A model generated the notes under the pieces. It saw only the letters and a program-made list of their open reading frames with translations. It did not search any database and was not told where the DNA came from. Made by a program: the position numbers and the translations under genes. Shown here in pieces: positions 40,725 to 56,025 of a stretch of DNA of 64,000 bases. Numbering within the stretch: position 1 is the stretch's first letter; every line of letters begins with the position of its first letter. The stretch is from Octopus vulgaris (lineage: Eukaryota): assembly GCA_951406725.2 (NCBI GenBank), contig OX597825.1:28148001-28212000 (forward strand). Reading direction: 5' to 3'.

Positions 40725-41446
40725 TACATAATGTTTATCTTGCTTTATTTTCATCACTAAACAATGGAGATTATGTAGCATGATAAAATATGATTCGCCG
40801 AATTGCGAGCTCTATTACCTATTTCTAATCTGAAATAAATTTAATAAATATTTATTTCGTTTCAATAATCTTCAATTTTTGTATGTATCCCTGAAATTCA
40901 AAAGATAGCGAATATAAATATAGCTTTCTTTTCTGTTCTCATCAACCAATTTTTGAAACGTTCTTTCTTTTTTCATTATATACAGGCTTCCATTCTTTCC
41001 TATACTTTCACGTACAGCCAGCCATTAACAATCCTTATGTAAATGTTTGAACCATAAAAATTGAGTTTTTGTTTTTTACAAAGTCATATGAAAACTGAAT
41101 TTCAGTGATTTTTCGGTAACTGGTAATCATATTCAGCCGTATTCTGCTGAAAGCCGGTGGAAAAAATCAAGGAAATTTTGAAGTGTTCATGAAAGATGTC
41201 ACCTTAACAAAAGAAATCTCTGAAAGAGTATTTTCTTTAAACTGTGAAGACATACATTCATTTAGGATTTGTTGACGTTGGTACTTCATTACCTATTGTT
41301 ATTCCCAACTTATTTTCTTTTCAATTTAATTCAATTGAATGATATATAAATTTATATATTATAAAGTATTTCCAGCTGGAAAATGATGGGCTGCCGATAA
41401 GCAAAATCAAAATTTCTAATTTTGTATCAGTCACTTTTAAATCTAA

Positions 41447-41830
41447 CTAGCAGTATCGCCCGGCGTTGCTCGGGTTTGTAAGGGAAATAACTATAAAGCA
41501 TTTTTAGAGAGTTATAGCCAAAAAATAGCAAAAAAATGGGGAAAGAAATGATGGTAAATTTTTTTTATAGTTAAAAAGGTCGAGTCGCGTCCCCTAGACC
41601 ATCTGTGGTTTGTGTTTCTGATTGTCGACCCCATGTCGAATTTATCGATCTTTTTCAGAACTGGGGGAACTTTTCAAAATTTTCGCTGCGTTAGTTTTGA
41701 ATTATGACATTGGGCTATGTGTGTGTCAAGTTTCATCAGAATCAGTTGAAAGCCGTGGTCAGAGTGAGGGTACAACCAAACAGACACACAGAAACACACA
41801 CAGACAATCTGCCGTTTATATAGAGAGAGA
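41447..41830 (-). mobile_element. Non-autonomous Helitron (~384 bp)
   Basis: Minus strand begins A|TC(TC)nTATATAAAC and ends with hairpin CCCGAGCAACGCCGGG then CTAG|T; A|T insertion, no TSD. Confidence 0.85.
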
Positions 41831-42526
41831 TGACTCCAGCACACCTTTCATTTCGTTATTGGATGAGACACCCAATTAAACAGTTAGACAGTAGGGGACG
41901 TCCTTGTTACAAGATAATGTCAAACCTTATCGGGAAGCGATATGGAAGGAGAGGAGGAGGAAGAGGAGGAGGAGGAGGAGGAGGAAGGAAGAAAAGGAGA
42001 AAGTGGGTGAAAGAAAAATAATCCAGTGAGGTTGGATACTCATGATTCGATATTCAAAGAATCACTACAAAAGCAAATGAGACTAGCCAAGGCAGATGTT
42101 GAAGAACGACAGGTTTTTCCTACGATGAGAGACAAAGAGGAAATAGAACAAGAATAAGTGGTTTACGAAAGAGTTGTGCGCAATCAGAATGACTGCAAAC
42201 GTTAAAACATTTATAGAAAATATAAAGCATGAAGAAGTGAAATACCTCTGGAGTGTCCATGGCATTGAGTGATTACAGGGAAATTTCCTGAAAGCTGCGG
42301 GGATTACCTTCGGAGTGGAATCGAAACACAATAACATCAAGATAATATCATAATATCATGCAATCCGAAATATCAACAGAAATGATGATTCCGGCTCTGA
42401 TTAAATCGCATTTCTGTGTATAATGGATAACCAGTATTGCCACATATCAGTTTTGGTAGTGTTTGCCTACATACACGCACGCACACACACACACACACTC
42501 ACACATACACACAAACACACACACAT

Positions 42527-42561
<35 letters not shown>

Positions 42562-42590
42562 CATACACACACACACGCACACGCACACAC

Positions 42591-42821
42591 AACTTAAACA
42601 AGGAAACCGTCCACAAGAGTTGTAGGAGACTCCGAAATTCGTCTGGAAGCCGTGGTTGAAGCCAATGCTTTCTAACCGATGCCTCGACACCAAGTGATGA
42701 CAATGTTTCTCTAAAAGAAACGGAGAAAGTTTCTCAATACAAAGATCTGGGAAAAGAGTTAACTCGCAAATAATGAGATGTCAGCATTATTTTCATTTTT
42801 GCGTAATTTAGGCGCACCCTG
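42591..42821 (+). mobile_element. Tc1/mariner-superfamily (maT-like) 3' end interrupted by a LINE fragment
   Basis: NLNKETVHKSCRR...RLEAVVEAN C-terminal motif; end GTAATTTAGGCGCACCCTG|TA (reverse complement TA|CAGGGTG). Confidence 0.65.
42666..42767 (+). pseudogene. R4/Dong-like REL endonuclease fragment
   Basis: In-frame CFLTDASTPSDDNVSLKETEKVSQYKDLGKELTR (D..P.D.N...KE.EK..KY.DL pattern). Confidence 0.75.
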
Positions 42822-42984
42822 TATATGCTTGCATGTGTAGTGACGCTATACAGCGGCGCATGCGCGAAGCCCCGGAAGAAGGACCATTTGCCTACGTGGC
42901 AGTTAGCCGAGGCAAGGGGATCGTAGGACGTTTGACCACTAGCAGCAGTCAGCAGCGACTTGAGACATGGCTATCGAAGGTACA

Positions 42985-43110
42985 ACACGTATATTCTCGC
43001 TGTCCACTTTTGACAGCAGTCGGCCGAAAGCTTTTAACCAAATTGTTGCAGACTACATCATCTTCCTTTCTCCGGACGCCATCTTTGACAAGTGTCGTTT
43101 TGCATTTGAA
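42985..43110 (+). pseudogene. Possible degenerate RTE-like RT fragment
   Basis: YSRCPLLTAVGRKLLTKLLQ loosely resembles YRxISLLxxxGKLLxKLL; DAIF-like motif downstream in another frame. Confidence 0.3.
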
Positions 43111-43499
43111 CACTTTCTTATTTTACAGCGATAAGGTTCAGCTGAGACACATCTATACCAAAGGGATGCCAGATACACCAATTATCTGTTACCACATAAG
43201 AGAATAAAGTAGATATATATTATTTACGTCTGCGTCTTGTTGTTTCTGACTGGTAGAGAATCTGGATTATAAAAGCAACGGATAGTGATTGCTTCTCGCA
43301 CCCCCAAAAGGTCCAGAGAAGATATTCACACTAAGTCGTTACACATGCATTGACTTTCCATTCGCTAGAGTGTTTGACAACCATTTTGCACAGATTTCAG
43401 TGCCTCTCTGTGATGACCCCTTAAGCTGAAAAGTAAATACACCGGAAAGTCAAGACGAAGACATCATTCAGATACTGAAGGGGGAGAGTTGAACTTTAA

Positions 43500-44066
43500 G
43501 GCTCTTTCTGCCTGTACACCTCCCATATTCTGACATGTTTGAAGAAATAACAAAAATCAAAGTATTTAATTGTCGTAGACACGTGTGACATGCAGCAGCA
43601 TCGAATCGTCCACCGGCTGTTTGCAGTTCCGGAAAAAGATCGAGATTTGATTTACGGATAAAAAAACATGGCACAATCGGATCAGTTTACGGCTCTTTCT
43701 GACTGTACACCTCCCATATTCTGACATGTTTTAAGAAATAACAAAAATCAAAGTATTTAATTGTTGTAGACACGTGTGATATGTAGCAGCATCGAATCGT
43801 CCACCAGCAGTTTGCAGTTCCGGAAAAAGATCGAGATTTGATTTACGGATAAAAAAACATGGCACAATCAGATCAGTTTACGGCTGTTTCTGACTGTACA
43901 CCTCCCATATTCTAACATGTTTGAAGAAATAACAAAAGTCAAAGTATTTAATTGTTGTAGACACGTGTGACATGCAGCAGCATCGAATCGTCCACCGGCT
44001 GTTTGCAGTTCCGGAAAAAGATCCGAGATTTGATTTACGGATACAAAACATGGCACAAACAGATCC
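43500..44066. repeat. Tandem array, 191-bp unit x ~3
   Basis: GCT(C/G)TTTCTG recurs at 43501, 43692, 43883; copies differ by a few substitutions. Confidence 0.95.
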
Positions 44067-44629
44067 TGTACATCAAATTCATAGACGTGAATAACCTTCT
44101 GAATGTTTGAAAACATTAAGCTGAAGACAAGCAAAGAAAAGCAATATATCTAGAGACTATAATAGTCGAGAACTGCAACGGTTGATTATTTTTGCTATGT
44201 CCTTTTGAATTGCCTTGTGTATTGGCATATAAACGAACAATCGCAGTCCTATTGTTTTGTGTGTGTGTGAGTGTGTATGTGTGTCTGTTTGTTTGTTTAT
44301 TTATCTATCCATGAATCTATCTTCTTTCTACCTATCTCTCTCCCTCAACCTCACCCTCACTCTCTTTCATTCTATCTCTCTATCACTCTCTCTATCTTTA
44401 TCTCAATCTCTCTCTCTGTATGTGTATATGTATATGTGTGTATGTGTTTGCGTATGTTTGTATAAATAGCATAGAAATTAAATAATTGTTACTCATTCTT
44501 TACAAATACTATTCTCTAGTCGTACGCTCTCTCTCTCTCTCTCTCTCTCTCTCAATACACTTCACGCTTTTAAACAAAATATATTTATATATTAGTACAT
44601 CTACACACTCACAAGTATATTTATACAAA

Positions 44630-47710
<3,081 letters not shown>

Positions 47711-48559
47711 TTCTTTGTAGGAGCAACTATGTTGTCGAAAATGTATCTTGTGTATTGCTCGAAATACGAAGTAGAAAAACAGCCGAGAAATGATGAAGGG
47801 TCGTTTTTTTATGTCGCTTGTCTTGTTCTTCCATTTGTTTCTTTCGTTGTTCAAAAACTGTTCGTAGACCTTGTTTTCATATCACATGTTGTTTACGTAC
47901 TGTGGTGTCCTGTGCCCATTTATGCATGTGTATATACATATATATGTATGCATATATATATATATCTATATATTACTTATATTATATGATTGAACGCCAC
48001 GCATCCATTTCCAAGTAAGTTCATATATATATATATATGTGTGTGTATGTATGTATAGTAGTAACAGAAAGGAGGAATTTCCATTATCCCCACGTTGTGA
48101 GGTGTGATGTACATAAGAAATTTAAAAAAGGAAGATACGCACACTTACATAATTTTAATATAATTTTTAATATATCGACCGGTTTCGCTATCGCTATTCA
48201 TGATATTATTTTTTACTTATTTGAATAGGTATTTTCATAAGAAGAAATTTTGTCCATGTTGTATGTGATGATATTTATGTTCATCTTGACAACAATGGCC
48301 AGCCTGTGGCTTAGGACTAGGGTTTCTCAGCTCACCAAACCTGCCCCTGTTGACCCGGTTTACCATCGCTATTTGACTTAGGGAAAGAAGCGACGAGCCT
48401 CATTGTTCAAGTCACAAATGGCCTTCGCGTGATTTCATTTACGGTGGACCATGTGTTGCGATCACAAGGCCCACGTACTTGGTATCTCGCCTTCATCAGT
48501 GGTACCAGTGGCATTGGTATCGTACTAGATCTGGTTAGAGTGATGTCTCAGATATGATT

Positions 48560-48815
48560 AAGATACGCCTTGTTCGCGCTTTCCTGCATGGCAGCAATGG
48601 ATTTATATTAGAGTTTTCTTCTCCTAGACGTACTGCCTTCTAGGCTGACGAGCTCCATCTACCCTAAAAGCATTCATGTTAGTTAACCAATAGCTGGGAC
48701 CCTAACATATGCTACTACTCCAGGCCAGAGTGGACCTGGGAACAACAGTAGCTAAGTGGGGATTCCTCACTTCCCAAAACCCTGGAGCTCCCGTATGCAG
48801 TTTAAATTCTACCCT
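48560..48815 (-). mobile_element. Possible RTE-clade LINE 5'-region fragment(s)
   Basis: Minus strand GGGTAGATGGAGCTCGTCAGCCTAGAAGGCAG...CTAGGAGAAGAAAACTCT resembles RTE 5' UTRs as I recall them; unverified. Confidence 0.35.
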
Positions 48816-48846
48816 TAACTCTGACACACACACTCTCTCTCTCTCT

Positions 48847-48878
<32 letters not shown>

Positions 48879-49088
48879 GTTGATCCAAACATGAACACCC
48901 AAAAAGAAAACACAACAACGCGAGGACGTGGAACAAGTATAGTATTATTGGACGCTCAGGAAAGAAGGAAAGAAGGAGGGTTTAACGTTTCGAGCTGAGC
49001 TCTTCGTCAGAAACATAGGAAAAGGAAAGATCCAAAGATGGGAAGACGGTGGAAAAAAATCGCCAATGGTACACACCCGGTCACATTT
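48879..49088 (-). mobile_element. Family D (Penelope-like terminal repeat relic) with the best-preserved minimal hammerhead
   Basis: Minus strand 49014-48980: GTTT-CTGACGA-A-GAGCtcaGCTC-GAAAC-GTT-AAAC; flanked by (TA)n. Confidence 0.7.
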
Positions 49089-49860
49089 TATATATATATA
49101 ATTAGGCATAAGGAGCATCCTTTTAAAAGATATTGTAACCAATTTACAGTCGCTGTTTTACTGTCATTTCTTTCGTACCCAAATTATAGATAAGGAGTTA
49201 ATGTATCGGAAATACATTCGTCGTTATGAAATAACAGCACGCTCGTTATCAAAGTATACTTGTCTCCAAACCGCCAAACTAATTTAAGAGAGTCATACAC
49301 TATCATACCGTCATTTTCAGGGCAAAAGTCACATAATTATAATTTCATCTGTTTCTGATAAATAGTAAATGAAATGCCTCATTTCCTTTTTACGAGGTTA
49401 CTACGTACAAATACTTTTTTTTTCTAGTTAAAAATATCAGCCACAAACGAACTCTGACGACTCAACAGTTTCACTCACTGGCTGGCTGGCTGGCAAACTA
49501 GCACCTTCGTTACATTATCAGAATAACCAGTTATTACGTAGTATATGAAGCCAAAAGGTAACTCTAGTCCTTGAATCAAAGACTTTTCACTAATGTGATG
49601 TTTTCAACTACTTTATTATAAATCTAACACCATTAATCTTTCCCTTGATCTACTGTTAACATCTCGTATATTTAAAATAACAGCTTCCGTATCGTCACAC
49701 ATTGTTGTTTGATTTCTTTTTTTTTTTTTTCCATTTTTTTACTTTGTTGCATTAACGCGCTAAAATGTAAACAAACTGCGCTTATGAACGGATAACTGCC
49801 GTCTGCGATGTGACGCTAAACATTTCACCATTTTATCTCTTGCAAGTAGAGTGAATATTC

Positions 49861-49862
<2 letters not shown>

Positions 49863-49945
<83 letters not shown>
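49863..49945. repeat. (CA)n, ~40 units
   Basis: Direct reading. Confidence 0.97.
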
Positions 49946-50425
49946 TCATCAACGCTCATTCACTCACACTCACACACACATTCACACGTATACATACGAT
50001 TATGCGCCGGGGTCAAAAGCTAGTATTATGCTTTGCAACATTATGCATTGAAATATAATCGTTTCACTTTGTGTTATAACATATTCTAAACTTGTTAACA
50101 CTTATTTCAAATGGCTTAATTCGTGTCTGTAGACTATTCAATCAAAAGTATTTTCTGTTTAACATTTTCTGTCATTCATAACCCGATGTATTTATCTTCG
50201 CGACTGACACATCATTATGACATATATACATGTGTATGTATGTGCGTGTATGTATGCGCGTGTATGTGTATGCACGTGTATATATATATATATATATATA
50301 TATGTAATCATAACAATAAGGGTTTTGCAACAAGTTGCTTGACCACATACCGAAAATTTTAGAAATAGCAGCTAAAAGACTACAATTTCCTTTTTCTACA
50401 AAGATATGTCTCCCCTATTTCACCC

Positions 50426-50495
<70 letters not shown>

Positions 50496-51272
50496 GACGT
50501 CATAAAAATTTCATGAACTTTCGAGAGAACGTGAATAATTGTTTTTTGTTTGTTTTTTAATATCTCGGAATAAAAAGATATGAATAAAGCATGTAAATAT
50601 TAGATTTCAATCACTGAACTGGCAATATGCATGGGCATCGCTTTAAGGGTTTCTCAGGACATATTGTTCCCATTACTTTTGTAGCACCCTCTTTTGCTGA
50701 ACTTTTCACCAAAAATAACGTAAAGAAACGAACACCGGTTGTCAAATAGTGGTAGTATAAAAATGCAAACACAAACACACACATATAAAGAGCACAGTAC
50801 TCGTGAATTCATGGTTTATGGAGATTATTTACATTTGTATTTGCTATTTTTCGTCATTAATAGTCTTAGATAACCTTTAAATATCGGTGTATTCCCTACC
50901 GTAAGGCTTTACTTTCACACACGCCAGCTTAATTTAATTCGTCCTTAGTCGAAAGACACCTTTTGTAATGTCCTGTTATTTGTATTTGTGTAACTTTCTC
51001 CGTTTCTTTCTGTCCTTGTTTTCGTATACATTCGCTGCTTTCTTCCAAGGAATCTAATGCTCTTAGCTTTGTTTTTCCTTGAGGCTAGCCAGATTGGAGC
51101 AAATCTCGAGTATAACCAGCCGAAATTGCAGCGATAATCTGGAACTCAACTGAGAGAAGAAAACTCCGAATGATCCATCCTTGTTTTCGTTGTATCGTCT
51201 ATCTGGATGTTTTGTTGTCCCTTTCTTGTATCACCTAACTGTCTGGATGTTTTGCGTTCTTGTCCCATTTTG

Positions 51273-51305
<33 letters not shown>

Positions 51306-51311
51306 AAAGGG

Positions 51312-51542
51312 CTTAGTAAAATAAATTACTTTGCCGCATACTGAACTCATTAGAAATAGCAGTGTCGTTTTGACTAATCTTGAAACGTACGTTCTCAAAT
51401 AACCTTTGCATTTGATTTTTTGATGTCCTTACCCCCAAACTTTTGTGAGATTTTCTTTAAGTATTAGAAATAGCTTTAAAAAGTTTTTTAGCTGCTATTT
51501 CTAATGAGTTCAGTATGCGGCAAAGTAATTTATTTTACTAAG
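51312..51542. mobile_element. MITE-like element with 51-bp perfect inverted arms
   Basis: CTTAGTAAAATAAATTACTTTGCCGCATACTGAACTCATTAGAAATAGCAG (51312-51362) and its reverse complement at 51492-51542. Confidence 0.78.
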
Positions 51543-51596
51543 ATAGATAGATAGATAGATAGATAGAAAATATATATATATATATATATATATATA

Positions 51597-51647
<51 letters not shown>

Positions 51648-51826
51648 GGAAAAAAATGTAGGATAAATAACAAACAGAAGTGTGTCTTTTGCACTAGTAA
51701 GACATTATTTAATTAGACATCGTCAGAACGAAGAAGTCAAAGGTTGAAAGAAGAAGAGCGAAAGATCAATGGAAAAGAGAAGATCAGAGATTCGCGTATC
51801 TTACATTATAGCTCGGTTCATTATAG

Positions 51827-51842
51827 CTCGTGGTAGCTCATC

Positions 51843-51886
<44 letters not shown>

Positions 51887-51902
51887 GATGAGCTACCACG
51901 AG
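51827..51902. repeat. Palindrome centred on (TG)(TA)(CA) microsatellite with 18-bp unique arms
   Basis: CTCGTGGTAGCTCATCTG ... CAGATGAGCTACCACGAG. Confidence 0.93.
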
Positions 51903-52871
51903 GTTTTTCTGCTACCAAATTCATTCACAGGGTATTGGTCGATTCGGTGCTATAGTGAGAGACTTTCAGTAGCTTCCTCGCAATGAAACTAAATCCCAAA
52001 TGACGAGCACCCTATCATCTTCTCACCAACAAATTCTCCACCAAATCCTAATGCGGTGCCTTTTCAAACCAGTCTATGATTTATACACAGCTTCAACATA
52101 GTTCAGTCTGGCTGATTCCATTTCGTTTCTGGACTGACAGGAATACATGGCATTAAATAGCATTTACTCACGGTGGTGCTACTTTGGTTCCCCTTAACTC
52201 TGAACTGTATTGTGTATTTTTTACACCTTATCACTATAAAGGGATTTTCCCGGTCGATAATCGCTGGTTATGACATTCGAACGACACACAAACGTTAAGT
52301 ATTTCATATTGATGGAAATTATATTATTAAGCTGCTTCAATTTCATAATTCGAAACTCTTTATACTTCAGTTTGCCTGATTTGATTTCCTTAGCAAAGTG
52401 GTAGCCTTCGTGTCAAACGTTTGTGGTCGTTTCTGGGGAAAACAATACGTCAATAAAGGAAATTTTTCCCGGACGAAAACATTGACAATGGTTTTCACGC
52501 CACTGGATTACAGACAAGTTTGGATATAGCTACAGGTGGAAGACATCTAATCTGAAGTCTGCCATATTGAGATGCGTGGATTTTGCTCAAATGAAAAAAA
52601 CAAATGTGAACAGATAGGTGTGATGCACTAAAACACATTTCCAAAAAAAGAAAAAGACTAGAAATTTTATAGAAGCAGAAAATCTCCGAGAATCGTGAGA
52701 TACCTGCTAGGGTTCCAATTTATATCTTATTTCTAACATTTGACCTTGTCCCACTTCTTCCTTATACTGTTTGGCCGATGAATATCCTTATATTTTGATA
52801 GTAACGTTTCTTGCAAACTATGTAACGCTGCTTATATAATGCATGCATATATATACATACACATGTATATA

Positions 52872-53104
52872 AAGGCGGCGAGCTGGTAGAAACGTTAGCA
52901 CGCCGGGCAAAATTCGTAGCAGTATTTCGTATGTCGTTACGTTCCGAGTTCAAATTCCGTTGAGGTCGACTTTGCCTTTCATCCTTTCGGGGTCGATAAA
53001 TTAAGTACCAGTTACGCACTGGGGTCGATGTAATCGACTTAATCCCTTTGTCTGTCCTTGTTTGTCCCCTCTATTTTTAGCCCCTTGTGGGTAGTAAAGA
53101 AATA
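52872..53104 (+). mobile_element. SINE B, full-length
   Basis: AAGGCGGCGAGCTGGTAGAAACGTTAGCACG...GAGTTCAAATTCC...GTGGGTAGTAAAGAAATA. Confidence 0.9.
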
Positions 53105-54189
53105 TATATATACATACATACACATAAATATCCACATACATACTCACTCTCACTCAAACATACACGCACAGACATATCACCGATCTTACTCTGACAGCAC
53201 CATTTAACTCACATTGAGCAATAGTAGCCCTCTTTCCAGGACACATCTTTGAATTCCTGTGCCTCACATTCGGTATTCTAAGCGTGCGAGAGATGGGTCC
53301 CTCAGTTAGATATAAGCGAAACTTCAAGTCGCAAGAAGCCGAGTCAAGTTGCTTTAAGTAATAATACACATAACCACACCAAATGATTTGAGTACCTTCT
53401 ATCTATCTAACTATCTTTTTCTTTTTTTTCCACGATCCCTTTTGATCGGAATTCGTTCTCCTATATTTTATTTTATTTTATTTGTTTTTTTTCCTTCTCC
53501 TCTTCCCAAAAAGAAAAGCTCTACTTCGTATTTTGTCCCTTCTGTGTTCAGCCCTGCGTAACCAATAAACAAATCTATTTATCTATCTATCTGTCTGTCT
53601 ATCTGCCTGCCTCTCTGTCTACATATACGCACAACTATATACAAATGCACACACACACACTCACACACACCCATACACACACAGAAACACACACATAGAT
53701 GCATACACAAAGACATTGCACATATACATATTATATACATATGAAAACATATACCATAAATTAGTCTATATTTGTCCTCTCCACAAGATGATTAAACTAG
53801 ACATGTGTATAGAATTCCGGTCACAATGGCTTGCTGACGATCTGTCAATTCACAAGATATCGCAAAATCCCTAAAATAGAATGTAGAGAAAGTAATGGAT
53901 ACAAAGGACAAACTTTGGAGCCCACTCCAACCCCGCCGTTCCTGATTCTATAGAAACAACAGACGCGTTTTCAATTATTCGAACGAAAATAGTAACCCAT
54001 GATATAGAAAGAAAAGGGTAAAGCAATAGACACAATAACAGTCTCACGGAACAAAATGAGAATGTAATATAAGTTTTAATTTTTGACTTGTGTTGTTTGT
54101 CGGCAGATATTTCCGCCACGAAAATCAATATAATGGCACACACACGTATAATATAAAGGTTGATCTGCTAATAAGATCACTCGCTATGC

Positions 54190-54206
54190 ATATATACATA
54201 CATGCA

Positions 54207-54286
<80 letters not shown>

Positions 54287-54290
54287 TGTT

Positions 54291-54345
<55 letters not shown>

Positions 54346-54536
54346 GTATATAAATCGCTGTCTGTCTGTTCTGTCTACACATATACACATAAGTGTACAT
54401 AAAATTTCTGTATATACGTTTATATATTGGAATTTTTTATTAGTGCATAAACATGTGTGTGTGCGTGCGTGTGTGTGCGCGGGTGTGTTTAAGTATACAT
54501 GTGTATTGTATGTGTGTATGCATATATGTACGCATA

Positions 54537-54604
<68 letters not shown>

Positions 54605-54670
54605 TGTAGGTATGTATGTATATATATATATATGTGTGTGTGTGTATATGTATGTTTGTATGTATGAATA
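54190..54670. repeat. Compound (TA)/(TG)/(TATG) microsatellite
   Basis: Direct reading. Confidence 0.93.
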
Positions 54671-55462
54671 TGCATATAAAATAGTTATGCTTGCGCGTGT
54701 GTTTATTTATGTCTGCTGTGCCTGTTGTATATTTCTGTCTACGTTTAATTCTCCTTCGAAGCTGAATATTTGTCGATATCCGCAACACATATTTCCAAAA
54801 ACATACAATTACATACACACACACACACACATACATACACGCGAATATATGCATGTCTGTATGTATGCAACCGCTTATGTACCACCGTAAACGTACGTTC
54901 GTTCGTAAGCCATGTGAACCAGTCTTTGTAACGAATGTTAATTTGCACACCCAGCTTAATTTAGAGATGTTTTGAATGTCGTAATCTGCGGTAATTGCCA
55001 TGAGAAATCAACTCTTATTGATGTAGGTATTTCTCTTGTGTTAGGTAGTCACATTGGGTGACAGAAACTTTGTTGCTTTTGGTATTATTGAATTTAATCC
55101 TTCTGTTTTCGCATGTGGAAGTTACAAAGTTCAGTATGTAAGCCCTTAAGGTTTGGATGCGTCGATTTTTTTTTCAAAAAAGATTGCTTGTAGGTGGTAA
55201 GTGGAGGCTAATCGTTTCTTTACCTGTTCTTATTTAGGATATTTGTATTTTTTTTTTTTTTGTATGGAAGTGGTTATTAGTCAGGCATGTCCTGGTTTTC
55301 TTAGTACAGGAATTTGTGTTACTCAGGCCTTGAAGTTTACCAAATTATTTGAGTAATGGATTTTATGGTTATATGTTTGTCTCTAGATATGTTCATTATT
55401 TTGTAAGTAATTTGGTTTGTATATAAGGATTTTAACCTTTTTTTTTGGTGGTAGAGTGGGAA

Positions 55463-55780
55463 TTTTTTTTTTTTTTGTATAGTTACCTTGATAATTTTTG
55501 GCCAAAGTTGGCCCAGCCCATGTCAAATTTAATGACACCGCCTCGAACAGATACACAGTCAGCTCTTGGACACCATAGCCCATTCGAGCAGAGAGTTATT
55601 TTTTTCAGTGACATATCCGGGTGTGGATGATATGTCTGGTATTTGTTGGAAGTAATCATGTAGGGACCGTTTGAAAGCCGTGAAATAACTTTCCTTCTTA
55701 TGTGGGTCGGCACGTGAAGAGAGCAAGGCCAGATGAGGTGAAATAGTTCTATGGTAGTATTGTGATAAGACACGAACATG
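55463..55780 (-). pseudogene. CR1-like LINE 3' end (ORF2 C-terminus, 3' UTR, A-rich tail)
   Basis: AFKRSLHDYFQQIPDISSTPGYVTEKNNSLLEWAMVSKS*, then GGCGGTG...CATGGGCTGGGCC...GGCC and an A run. Confidence 0.75.
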
Positions 55781-56025
55781 TGATATATCCACACATACGC
55801 ATACATGTATCCATATGTATGTATCTACACATACATATACATACACGTACGCTCCTACATGCAAACATATGTTCTTATATATATACACTCACGCGTACAC
55901 GTACACACGCACATACACAATGGTTGTACTCAAATACCCACACATATACATACAAATATACATATATATACACACACATACATATGATATATGTATGAGT
56001 GCATGCAAGTGTTTATGCGTATATA

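Noticed and set aside
42833-43207. 124-aa ORF as a host gene exon
   Set aside because: No recognisable host domain or splice context; at best a decayed RT-like fragment.
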